In this document: in pieces, positions 55,538 through 64,000 of the stretch | How the letters are laid out: the number at the start of each line of letters is the position of its first letter | Numbering within the stretch: the first letter of the stretch is position 1 | NCBI GenBank assembly: GCA_038207785.1 | Contig: JBBQZK010000005.1 | Coordinates: forward strand, 318-64,317 | Reading direction: 5' to 3' | DNA length: 64,000 nt | Source of the DNA: Candidatus Limnocylindria bacterium | GTDB lineage: Bacteria > Chloroflexota > Limnocylindria > P2-11E | Made by a program: the position numbers and the translations under genes | The notes under the pieces: model-generated | What the model was told of the DNA's origin: nothing | What the model saw: only the letters and a program-made list of their open reading frames with translations | Database searches by the model: none

Positions 55538-56509
55538 ATGGACCTTCGACCCGCGGTCCTGATCGTCGACGACGACCAGGCGACCTGTGCCGCTATTGCC
55601 GAGCGCCTACAGGCCGACGGTCTGGGGACGGAGATCGTGCACGACGGCGTCACCGCCATCCAACGGGCCATCACCCTGCGCCCGCAGCTCATCGTCCTTG
55701 ACCTCGGCCTCCCGGAGCTCTCCGGGGATCAGGTGTTCGAGCGGCTGCAGGCGGACCATCGCACGCGCTACACGCCGGTCGTATTCCTCACCGGGTCGGC
55801 GCGACGGGACGATAAGGTCCGGCACCTGCGTGCGGGCGCCGACGATTACGTGACGAAGCCATTCGATCTCGAAGAGCTCGCCGCGCGCGTGCAGACCTCG
55901 CTTCGCCGCCTGCGCACCCTCGGCGGGTTGAACCCGCTGTCAGGACTGCCCGGCAACACCGCGATCTACGAGGAGATGACCGCGCGCCTGCGCGCGGGTG
56001 AACGTTTCGCGTGCGTGTACCTGGACATCGACCACTTCAAGAGCTTCAACGACCGTTATGGCTTCACGCGGGGCGACACGCTCATCGTCGAGCTCGCCGA
56101 GGCGATCTTCGGCGCCGTCGCGACGGCGGGCGAGGACACCTTCCTCGGCCACATCGGGGGCGATGACTTCGTCGTTCTGTGCTCGGCCGATGAGGCGGAG
56201 CCGCTGGCCGAGGACATCGTGACGCGCTTCGGCGTGCGATCCCGCCAGCTCCACGACGCCGGCGATATCGCGGCCGGCGGATATGAGGCTCCCGATCGAC
56301 GCGGGCTGCGCAGCCGCTGGCCATTCGCGTCCGTCTCGGCTGGGATCGCCATGTCCGACTCACGCGTGTTCCCGACCGCCGCAGCGCTCGCGCAGGCAGC
56401 CGCGGAGATGAAGACCGTCGCCAAGGGCCAGAGCGGGCACCGGGTGGCGCTGGATCGTCGCCACTCGAAACCGACGACGCAATCCGAGGGCAATTTCCGC
56501 CGGTCGTAG
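55538..56509 (+). CDS. Response regulator receiver plus GGDEF-like domain
   Basis: [49 protein letters not shown]. Confidence 0.9.
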   Translation: MDLRPAVLIVDDDQATCAAIAERLQADGLGTEIVHDGVTAIQRAITLRPQLIVLDLGLPELSGDQVFERLQADHRTRYTPVVFLTGSARRDDKVRHLRAGADDYVTKPFDLEELAARVQTSLRRLRTLGGLNPLSGLPGNTAIYEEMTARLRAGERFACVYLDIDHFKSFNDRYGFTRGDTLIVELAEAIFGAVATAGEDTFLGHIGGDDFVVLCSADEAEPLAEDIVTRFGVRSRQLHDAGDIAAGGYEAPDRRGLRSRWPFASVSAGIAMSDSRVFPTAAALAQAAAEMKTVAKGQSGHRVALDRRHSKPTTQSEGNFRRS

Positions 56510-56520
56510 ACTCGCCCTTC

Positions 56521-57471
56521 GTGGACACCCTCGAGCGGCCCGCGACCGTCACGCACGAGCAGCGGACCGAGATCGAGGCCCAGCGCCAAGCGACCCAGCA
56601 GACACGCCGCGCGACGGTGCCGGCGATGGAAGCGCTTCTCTACCAGCCGATCCCCGTCCTCGACCACGGCTTCGTCCGGGTCATCGATTACATGGGCGAC
56701 GACGCCGCCGTGGTGCAAGCCGCGCGCGTGTCGTACGGCGCCGGCACCAAGAAGGTCCGCGAGGACGCCGGCCTCATCAACTACCTGATGCGGCACCGGC
56801 ACACCTCACCGTTCGAGATGTGCGAGCTGAAGATCCACGTGAAGATGCCGATCTTCGTCGCGCGCCAGTGGATCAGGCATCGCGTCGCGAACTTGAATGA
56901 GGTTTCGGGACGCTATTCGATCCTCGACAACGAGTTCTACATGCCTGACAGCGCGAACATCGCGTCACAGGCGCGCACGAATCGGCAAGGTCGCGGCGAC
57001 GTCCTGAACGAGGCCGAAGCGTCGAGGGTCCTCGAGCTCCTCCGTGACGACGCGACGCGCAGCTACACGCACTACGAGGAAATGCTCAATGAGATCGATG
57101 GGCAGGTCGTCGATCCGGAACGCCAGGGCCTTGCGCGCGAGCTGGCCCGCATGAATCTCCCGGTAAGCCTCTACACACAGCTCTACTGGAAGATCGACTT
57201 GCACAACTTGTTGCACTTCCTGAACCTGCGCGGCGCACCCCACGCCCAGTACGAGATCCGCGTGTACGCCGAAGCATTGCTCGACGTCGTGAAGCAGTGG
57301 GTGCCCCTGACATACGCGGCGTTCACCGACTACCGCATGGGCGCATACGAGCTGTCGGCAAAGGGGCTCGCGGCGGTCAAACGGATGCTGCGGGGCGAAC
57401 AGGTCGAGCGCGAGTCGACCGGGATGTCGCCAGGGGAATGGCGTGAGCTCATGGAGACACTCGAGCGCTGA
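56521..57471 (+). CDS. thyX: FAD-dependent thymidylate synthase
   Basis: AARVSY, HTSPFE, RQWIRHR....NEVSGRY (ThyX motif), ARMNLP, AQYEIR. Confidence 0.96.
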   Translation: MDTLERPATVTHEQRTEIEAQRQATQQTRRATVPAMEALLYQPIPVLDHGFVRVIDYMGDDAAVVQAARVSYGAGTKKVREDAGLINYLMRHRHTSPFEMCELKIHVKMPIFVARQWIRHRVANLNEVSGRYSILDNEFYMPDSANIASQARTNRQGRGDVLNEAEASRVLELLRDDATRSYTHYEEMLNEIDGQVVDPERQGLARELARMNLPVSLYTQLYWKIDLHNLLHFLNLRGAPHAQYEIRVYAEALLDVVKQWVPLTYAAFTDYRMGAYELSAKGLAAVKRMLRGEQVERESTGMSPGEWRELMETLER

Positions 57472-58541
57472 AGACCGATCGTGCGGGGTTCATCTGGGAT
57501 CCCCGCCTCGCGTCCCATGTCTATCGATCCGATCACCCGCTGAAGCCACGACGCCTCATCGGCGTGCACGACACCCTCGAGCGCATCGGCGCATTCGCGC
57601 GTCCCAACGCCGTGGTCCTGGAGCCGCGCGAGGCCACGGTGGCCGAGCTCGAACGCATCCATTCGCCCGAGTACGTACGGGCCGTCGAGGCCGCGTCGGC
57701 GCATCCCGACGGCGACCACTCGCGCTGGGGACTCTCGGCGCACGGCGATACGCCGCCGTTCGCGGGCATGCATGAGGCTTCACTGCTCACCACGGGCGGC
57801 ACGCTACGCGGCATGGAGGAGGTCCTTGCGGGCGGGCTCCGCGTGTCGTTCAACGGCGCGGGCGGGCTGCATCACGCCAAGCGCAGCCGTGCGTCGGGCT
57901 TCTGCATCTACAACGATCCGGCGATCGCCTGTGGATTGCTGGCCGATCGCGGCATGAAGGTCGCGTACGTCGACATCGACGCGCATCACGGTGATGGCGT
58001 GCAGGCGGCGTTCTACGACAGCGACCAGGTGCTCACGATCTCGCTCCACGAGACCGGCCGATCGCTGTTCCCAGGCACCGGCTTCGCGGACGAGCGCGGT
58101 AGGGGCAGGGGCGCGGGGTACAGCATCAATGTCGCGCTGCCGCCCTACACCGATGACCGCGCCTACACGTATGCGTTCGATGCCGTCGTCCCGACGCTCC
58201 TGGCGCGCTTCAAGCCCGATGTGCTGGTCACGCAACAGGGCATCGATTCGCATTTCACCGACCCGCTGACGCACCTGCAGGTCTCGACGCGCGCGCGGGA
58301 GCACGTCGTGCGCGCGTTCCGCGACTTCGATCTGCCCTGGATCGCGATGGGCGGCGGTGGATACGACCTCGATGCGGTCGCGCGCGGCTGGTCGATCGAA
58401 TATCTGGTGATGCTCGGCGCGCCGATCCCGGAGGAGCTTCACGACCCCGACCCGCCGGCCTGGACCGGCGACGAGCGCGATGCCGTCGACGTGGAGACCG
58501 ACCTCGCGGTGCGCGATGCCCTCGGGGCCGCCTTCGCGTGA
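57468..58541 (+). CDS. Histone deacetylase family (AcuC-like) protein; probable CTG start at 57468
   Basis: DHPLKPRR (upstream of the first GTG), [39 protein letters not shown]. Confidence 0.9.
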   Translation: MKTDRAGFIWDPRLASHVYRSDHPLKPRRLIGVHDTLERIGAFARPNAVVLEPREATVAELERIHSPEYVRAVEAASAHPDGDHSRWGLSAHGDTPPFAGMHEASLLTTGGTLRGMEEVLAGGLRVSFNGAGGLHHAKRSRASGFCIYNDPAIACGLLADRGMKVAYVDIDAHHGDGVQAAFYDSDQVLTISLHETGRSLFPGTGFADERGRGRGAGYSINVALPPYTDDRAYTYAFDAVVPTLLARFKPDVLVTQQGIDSHFTDPLTHLQVSTRAREHVVRAFRDFDLPWIAMGGGGYDLDAVARGWSIEYLVMLGAPIPEELHDPDPPAWTGDERDAVDVETDLAVRDALGAAFA

Positions 58542-59221
58542 GCGAAGCCCTCGCCCTGGTGCGCTCTCCCGCGCGCGGCGCGGCCCGCGTTCTGGCAACA
58601 GGCCGCCTGGCCATCGCGGTGGCGCTCGTGGTCATCGCGACCGCCGTCGCCGCCGTCAGCGCGGTCCGCTTCGCAGCCGATGTGCCGGTCAGCACCTTCC
58701 TCTACGGCGAGGGCCGCAGTCCGGCGATCGCCGCGCTGATCGAGACGCTCGGCCGCGATCGGGCGGCGGTGATCGGCTACCTCGTCGAACAGATCTGGAC
58801 CGCCGTCGTCGTCGTCACGGCGTTCTCGCCGCTTCTTGTGTGGATCCTGGGTGCGACGGCGGTGCACGCTGCGGCGCGCATCGATGGGACGCAGCGGCCG
58901 TTCGGGCCGATGTTCGTGCTCCTCGGGTACGCGACGGCGCTCACGCGCATCCCGGCCGATGGCGCCGCGGCGATCCTCGGGAGCGGCAGGACGGCCGCGG
59001 CGCAGGTCGCGCAGCTCATCGGTCTCGCGTGCCTGATCTGGCTCGGGACCATCACCTGGCGGGCGATCGAAGCGCACTACGGTCTTCCGCCCCGCCGCGC
59101 CGGCGTGGTGCTGCTCATCGCGGTGGTGCTCTTCTACGTCGTGCCGCTGGTCCTCATCGTCGCCGCATTCGTCGCGATCCTCGTCGCGGCGATCCTCCTG
59201 GACTACGTGCCCGGGCTCTAG
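58538..59221 (+). CDS. Membrane protein, Yip1-like
   Basis: About five TM segments. GTGA-coupled to the HDAC gene. Confidence 0.6.
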   Translation: MSEALALVRSPARGAARVLATGRLAIAVALVVIATAVAAVSAVRFAADVPVSTFLYGEGRSPAIAALIETLGRDRAAVIGYLVEQIWTAVVVVTAFSPLLVWILGATAVHAAARIDGTQRPFGPMFVLLGYATALTRIPADGAAAILGSGRTAAAQVAQLIGLACLIWLGTITWRAIEAHYGLPPRRAGVVLLIAVVLFYVVPLVLIVAAFVAILVAAILLDYVPGL

Positions 59222-60225
59222 CCCTCGTCCGAGCTCACCGCCGCGACGAGCGCGAGGTCACCGGCCCGGACCGACTTCGGATCGAACTTCCGGACGCTCG
59301 CGGCCATCTTGCCGAGGGCCTCCGCCATGGTCATCGGCGGCGGGGCGCCGCGCTTCTGCGGGATCCAGCGCACCGGGTTGCAGCGCGCCACGACCACGGC
59401 GCGCAGGTACGGGCTCTTGAAGCCCATCTCCTGCAGCGTCTTCACGTGCGCCGCGACGCGGTCGTCGATGTCGAGGAGGCGCCGCCCCCACTGATCGCGC
59501 TGTCGCAGCGCCGCGGGCAGCGTGCCGTCCAGGAACACGTCCACCCGGCGGAGCATCGACTGGTACGAGGACCCAGCGAACCGGCCGCGCTCCTCATACG
59601 CCGTGCCGAGCGTGAGGAAGTGCGCTGCCTCGAATGCGACCGCGTGATCCGTCTCTTTCGATCGCGGCCGCTCTTTGGCGAGCGAGCGGGCCATCCGAAT
59701 GACCTCCATGCTCCGGTCGCGAAGGTTGTGCGCCTTCTCGGTGTTGAGCGGGAGGATCCGATATGCGATCTGCGGGTCCGCGACCAGCAGCGCGCTCACC
59801 GTGCGCAGCCCGAGCTTCTTCGCCGCCGCCAGGCGGTGCCGTCCGTTCGGCGAGCTGAAGCCCTCCCGGCCCGCGACCGCGATGACCGGGTCGAGGAACA
59901 CGCCCACGGCGCCGATCGCGTCGGACAGACGATCGGCGTGCACCTTCGAGAGGTCGCGCTGGAACTCGGTCGCCTCGATCGATCGCAGCGGGAGGCTGAC
60001 GAACAGGATGGGGGAGCTGCCGTAGGGATCGCGGTACGCGGCCAGCGTGGCGCCTCCGGCCTTCGTGACGAGCCGTGCGAGCTCCGCGACGCTGTCGTCG
60101 GTCAGGTCGATCGCGCTCTCCTGCGCCTCGGGGCCGCGCGGGGCAGCCGGTCCCCGCTTCTTCGTGGTCTTGCGAGTGGTCTTCTTTCCGGTCACCTTCG
60201 CGGCGGTCGTCTTCTTCGCGGGCAT
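59218..60225 (-). CDS. ParB/Srx N-terminal-domain protein with a Lys-rich N-tail
   Basis: FQRDLS..H..RL, LDPVIAV, PNGRHRL.A, LNTEKAHNL. Confidence 0.7.
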   Translation of the reverse strand: MPAKKTTAAKVTGKKTTRKTTKKRGPAAPRGPEAQESAIDLTDDSVAELARLVTKAGGATLAAYRDPYGSSPILFVSLPLRSIEATEFQRDLSKVHADRLSDAIGAVGVFLDPVIAVAGREGFSSPNGRHRLAAAKKLGLRTVSALLVADPQIAYRILPLNTEKAHNLRDRSMEVIRMARSLAKERPRSKETDHAVAFEAAHFLTLGTAYEERGRFAGSSYQSMLRRVDVFLDGTLPAALRQRDQWGRRLLDIDDRVAAHVKTLQEMGFKSPYLRAVVVARCNPVRWIPQKRGAPPPMTMAEALGKMAASVRKFDPKSVRAGDLALVAAVSSDEG

Positions 60226-60320
60226 TGCGGAACGATAGGCCGACCGGTCCTGCTCACGCGCGCGCGATGGTCGCGGAGCGCCTGACGGAGCACGCCGCCG
60301 GCGCTGGCTAGAGTCAGTGC

Positions 60321-62252
60321 GTGCCTGCGGCCTGGTCCCCGACGGAGCGCTACCTCGAGCGCAGCCGCCTCAAGCGGTTCGCGAACAGCCATGGCGTCAA
60401 CAGCTACGACGCGCTGCTGCGCTGGTCGACCGACGACCTCGAGCGGTTCTGGCGAGCGGTCGATCGCGACCTCGATCTCGTCTGGACCGCCCCGTACGCG
60501 CAGGCCATGGATACATCCAAGGGGCTGCCGTGGACGACGTGGTGGAGCCGCGGACGGATGAACTACGTCGGCACGGCGCTGCGGGACGATCGCGATCCGG
60601 AGCGCGTTGCCCTCATCGCCGAGCGCGAAGCAGGCGGGATCGAGCAACGGACCTACGGCGAGCTTCGCGTCGAGGTCGGCCGTTTCGCCGCGGGCCTTCG
60701 GGCGATCGGCGTGCGCAAGGGTGATCGGGTGGCGGTATTCCTGCCGATGGGGATCGAATGCGTCGTCGCGGTGCTCGCGCTCGGCGCGCTCGGAGCGATC
60801 TACACGCCGATCTTCTCGGGCTACGGCGCCGAGGCCATCGCCGGCCGGCTTCGCGACTGCGACGCGTCGGTGTTGATCTGCGCGGACGGGTTCCATCGAC
60901 GCGGCGCGATCGTGCCGATGAAGGAGACCGCCGACGCCGCGGCCGACGGCGCGCCAAGCGTCCGCACGGTGATCGTCGCGGAACGCCTCGGCCGCGCGTA
61001 TCCGAAGCGAGACCGCGACGTGACGTGGGCCGCTGTCTTGAGCCGCGGGGTCGCGCCGCTGGTCGCCTGGGAGGATACGAGCGCCGAGGATCCGTTCTTG
61101 ATCATCTACACGTCCGGTACCACCGGACGTCCGAAGGGCGCGGTGCACGTGCACGGTGGCTTCCCCGTGAAGGCCGCGCAGGACATGGCCCATTGCTTCG
61201 ACGTGCACGAGCGTGACGTCGTGTTCTGGTTTACCGACATCGGCTGGATGATGGGTCCGTGGCTCATCGCGGGTGGGCTCATGCTCGGCGCCACGATCGT
61301 GTTGTACGACGGCACGCCCGACTTCCCTGACCCGTCACGCGTGTGGTCCATGGTCGAGCGCCACCGGGTGACGCATCTCGGCATCTCGCCGACGGCGATC
61401 CGCGGGCTCATGCGGGCGGGCGAAGAGCCGGTGCGCGCGCACGATCGCTCGAGCCTGCTCGTCCTCGGCAGTACCGGCGAGCCGTGGAATCCAGAGTCCT
61501 GGTGGTGGTACTTCCGGGCCGTCGGCGACGCGCGATGCCCGGTCATCAATTACTCCGGCGGCACCGAGATCTCAGGCGGCATCCTCGGGTGCACCACCTG
61601 GAGCGACATCCAGCCCGGCTCGTTCCGCGGACCCATTCCGGGGATGGCCGCGGACGTGGTCGACGATCGTGGGCGACCCGTGCGCGGCACCGTCGGCGAG
61701 CTGGTCATCCGCGCGCCGTGGCCCGGAATGACGCGAGGATTCTGGAAGGACCGCGAGCGCTACCTCGAAACGTATTGGAAGCGGCTCGACGACCTCTGGG
61801 TCCACGGCGACTGGGCGCGCGTGGACGACGAGGGCTTTTGGTACATCCTCGGTCGGAGCGACGACACCCTCAAGGTCGCTGGCAAGCGTGTCGGCCCGGC
61901 CGAGGTCGAGTCGGCGGCTGTCGCGAACGCCGCGGTGGGTGAGGCCGCCGCCATCGGCGTGCCGGACGAGCTGAAGGGCGAGGCGATCGTCGTGTTCGCG
62001 GTCGCCCGTCCGGGCATCACCGTGGACGCCGCGCTCGAACGATCGGTGTCGGACACAATCGCGGAGCAGCTGGGAAAGCCGCTGCGGCCGAAGGCCGTGC
62101 GGTTCATTCGCCAAATGCCGAAGACCCGCAATGGGAAGATCCTTCGCCGGCTCATCCGCGGCGCGTACCTCGGGATCGCGGATCTGGGCGACACGTCGTC
62201 GCTCGAGGATCCGGCGACCCTTGACGAGGTGCGCGCCGCCGCGCAGCGCTAG
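60321..62252 (+). CDS. Acetyl-CoA synthetase-like AMP-binding ligase
   Basis: YTSGTTGRPKG, TDIGWMMG, STGEP, SGGTE, GRSDD..KVAGKR.G..EVE, PKTRNGKILRR. Confidence 0.9.
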   Translation: MPAAWSPTERYLERSRLKRFANSHGVNSYDALLRWSTDDLERFWRAVDRDLDLVWTAPYAQAMDTSKGLPWTTWWSRGRMNYVGTALRDDRDPERVALIAEREAGGIEQRTYGELRVEVGRFAAGLRAIGVRKGDRVAVFLPMGIECVVAVLALGALGAIYTPIFSGYGAEAIAGRLRDCDASVLICADGFHRRGAIVPMKETADAAADGAPSVRTVIVAERLGRAYPKRDRDVTWAAVLSRGVAPLVAWEDTSAEDPFLIIYTSGTTGRPKGAVHVHGGFPVKAAQDMAHCFDVHERDVVFWFTDIGWMMGPWLIAGGLMLGATIVLYDGTPDFPDPSRVWSMVERHRVTHLGISPTAIRGLMRAGEEPVRAHDRSSLLVLGSTGEPWNPESWWWYFRAVGDARCPVINYSGGTEISGGILGCTTWSDIQPGSFRGPIPGMAADVVDDRGRPVRGTVGELVIRAPWPGMTRGFWKDRERYLETYWKRLDDLWVHGDWARVDDEGFWYILGRSDDTLKVAGKRVGPAEVESAAVANAAVGEAAAIGVPDELKGEAIVVFAVARPGITVDAALERSVSDTIAEQLGKPLRPKAVRFIRQMPKTRNGKILRRLIRGAYLGIADLGDTSSLEDPATLDEVRAAAQR

Positions 62253-62716
62253 GCGGTGCGGTTGCCCGAGATCGCCCGCACCAGCGCGACGACGAGCGCC
62301 GCGATGAGGAACAGGAACACGATCGCGAGCAAGGCCGGTACGTCGATCACCGTCGGCGTATTGGTCTGCGGCCAGATCCCTTGGAACGGCCGGACCAGTG
62401 GCTCGGTGATCGCGTAGAGGCCCGAGACGAGGGCCTGCTGGGGATTCGCGCCGAGCAGCTTCAGGATGAAGCGGATCAGCAGCACGATCTCGAGGACCGT
62501 GAAGAGGAGCGTGACGACCCGGGTCACGGTCCACACCGGGGCGTAGGGGCTCGCGTTCACGTTCACTTGGCCGGCTGGCGCGACGTACGCGGGCTCGCGC
62601 ACCCGCTCGACACGCTCGACACGGTCGACGCGCTGCTCGACAACGGGTCGGTCGATGATCTCGGTGTCGCCGGGTTGTCCAGGATCTCTGGGGTCTGGTG
62701 GCTGTCGTGTACTCAT
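62249..62716 (-). CDS. yggT: YggT-family membrane protein
   Basis: LLIRFILKLLGANP, LYAITEPLVRPFQGI. Confidence 0.8.
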   Translation of the reverse strand: MSTRQPPDPRDPGQPGDTEIIDRPVVEQRVDRVERVERVREPAYVAPAGQVNVNASPYAPVWTVTRVVTLLFTVLEIVLLIRFILKLLGANPQQALVSGLYAITEPLVRPFQGIWPQTNTPTVIDVPALLAIVFLFLIAALVVALVRAISGNRTA

Positions 62717-63182
62717 GTCTGCTGAACGAGCAGGCCGCGTGCCAAGGCCGTTACAGGCGCTAGGGGCAGTGGAATTGGTCCGCGGTCATGAAGCTCTGAC
62801 CGACGTACAGGAGGGCGACCGTCCCGATGATCGCAGCGGGCATCAGCACCAGCGCGCGGATCCGTGCCGCCCGCGCGCGTGGAGACCGGAACGCTCCGGC
62901 GATCGCGACAGGCGCGAACAGCACCGGGATCGAGGCGGTGAACAGGAACAGCATCGCGGCGCTCACCGATGCCGCGACGCCGAGCGTCTTGTGGGTGTCG
63001 CTGTCCCCCGACGCGGCACCGAGGAGCAGGATCGCGTCGACCGTCCCGACGGCCAACATCGCGATGACATCGCCGCGCTGGAAGTACGTGGGCGCACAGC
63101 CCAGGTTCGCCGCGACGATGAGCCCGACGAGCCCGAGGCACAGCACGCCGGCGACCTGCTGCACGACCGCGAGCCGCCGCAT
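62713..63182 (-). CDS. Hypothetical membrane protein
   Basis: About five TM segments. ATGA-coupled to yggT. TAGCGT 6 nt upstream. Confidence 0.6.
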
Positions 63183-63211
63183 CGCGCCACGCTAGCGGCT
63201 AGCCTCGCTCC

Positions 63212-63643
63212 GTGAACGCCTCGCCTGACGAGTACCCGTTCGCGTTCCGGCAACGCGTGCGGTTCGGAGAGACGGACCTGCAGGGCGTCGTGTACTACGC
63301 GAACTACCTCCTCTTCGCCGAGGTCGGCCGCGTGGCCTACCTGCGCGCGCTCGGCATCGATTACCGGCGGGACCTCCTCGAGAAGGGCGTGGACTTCACC
63401 ATCGGCGAGGCCGCCGTCCGGTATCGCGCGCCGCTGCGCTTCGATGACGAATACGACATCCGCGTGCGCGTCGGTGAGGTCCGCAGCTCCTCGTGGACCT
63501 TCGAGTACGCGTTCGACCGAGCGGATGGGCAGCGCTGCGCGGTCGGGTCGACCGTGCAGGTCATCCTGGATCACGGAACGGGGAAGGCCACGCGCATCCC
63601 GGCCGAGATCCGCGACGTCCTGGAGCGCGCGAAGGCGGCGTGA
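63212..63643 (+). CDS. YbgC/FadM-family acyl-CoA thioesterase
   Basis: RVRFGETDLQGVVYYANYL, YRAPLRFDD. Confidence 0.9.
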   Translation: MNASPDEYPFAFRQRVRFGETDLQGVVYYANYLLFAEVGRVAYLRALGIDYRRDLLEKGVDFTIGEAAVRYRAPLRFDDEYDIRVRVGEVRSSSWTFEYAFDRADGQRCAVGSTVQVILDHGTGKATRIPAEIRDVLERAKAA

Positions 63644-64000
63644 TGGAGACGGCGCTCCCTGAAGATCTCGATCTCCTGCGCCGCAGCGTGCGCGCGTTCG
63701 TCGAGGAGCAGCTCGTGCCGCGGGGCGAGGAGATCGAGACCTCGGATCGCATCCCTGAAGACGTCATCGACGCGATGGCCGGCATGGGGCTGTTCGGGAT
63801 CGGCTTCCGCGAGGAGGTCGGCGGGCAGGGCTTCGGGAAGCTTGGGTACTGCGTGGCGGTCGAGCAGCTCGCGCGCGCGAACGCGTCGCTGTGGAACGTG
63901 ATCGGTGGGTCCGCGGGACTCTGCGGCACGGCGATCGACATCGGCGGGCCGGACGAGCTGCGGTCGCGCTATCTGCCGGACCTGCTCGGCGGGAAGCGCA
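63643..64000 (+). CDS. Acyl-CoA dehydrogenase (5' part, runs off the window)
   Basis: LRRSVRAFV, MGLFGI...EE.GG.G, EQLAR, G.DE.R.RYLP.L..G. Confidence 0.85.
   Translation, partial: METALPEDLDLLRRSVRAFVEEQLVPRGEEIETSDRIPEDVIDAMAGMGLFGIGFREEVGGQGFGKLGYCVAVEQLARANASLWNVIGGSAGLCGTAIDIGGPDELRSRYLPDLLGGKR

Overview
This is a gene-dense, very GC-rich (by eye) bacterial chromosome segment. A Chloroflexota- or Actinobacteria-like soil lineage is my inference, from gene content and pervasive leaderless-type promoters. It holds about 68 CDS, one tRNA-Thr(CGT), no CRISPR array and no transposase or integrase. Core genes include nth, rplY, argS, rplU-rpmA-rpmE-tdk-prfA, thyX and htrA. These are interleaved with a SigR/RsrA-like redox sigma pair, a second ECF/anti-sigma operon running into a MacAB-like ABC exporter, two GH57 glucan enzymes, an HDAC-family deacetylase, an Acs-like ligase and an orphan ParB-N protein. 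Downstream of the tRNA lies an accessory block (about 14.1-27.2 kb) carrying katG, decayed tRNA-Thr 3' fragments (att-like scars) and an RpiR-regulated ABC/PHP/HAD/Gfo/IolE-like cluster for a probable inositol-phosphate-type substrate. The signals not explained by standard annotation are: (1) an unannotated 20-aa, 11-Lys histone-tail-like peptide gene with a near-perfect SD, a GNRA hairpin and a terminator; (2) at least two genes (an ECF sigma and the HDAC) that appear to need a CTG start codon, plus a third (tdk) with no canonical start; (3) a TAnnnT -10 box 6-9 nt before the start codon of 13 or more genes; (4) repeated CTAG/TTAG stop-stop overlaps, which expose two slippage frameshifts; and (5) a cNMP-binding/DASS transporter fusion near a DUF6582-like/cyclase fusion. 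All family calls are from motif recognition by eye; no searches were run.
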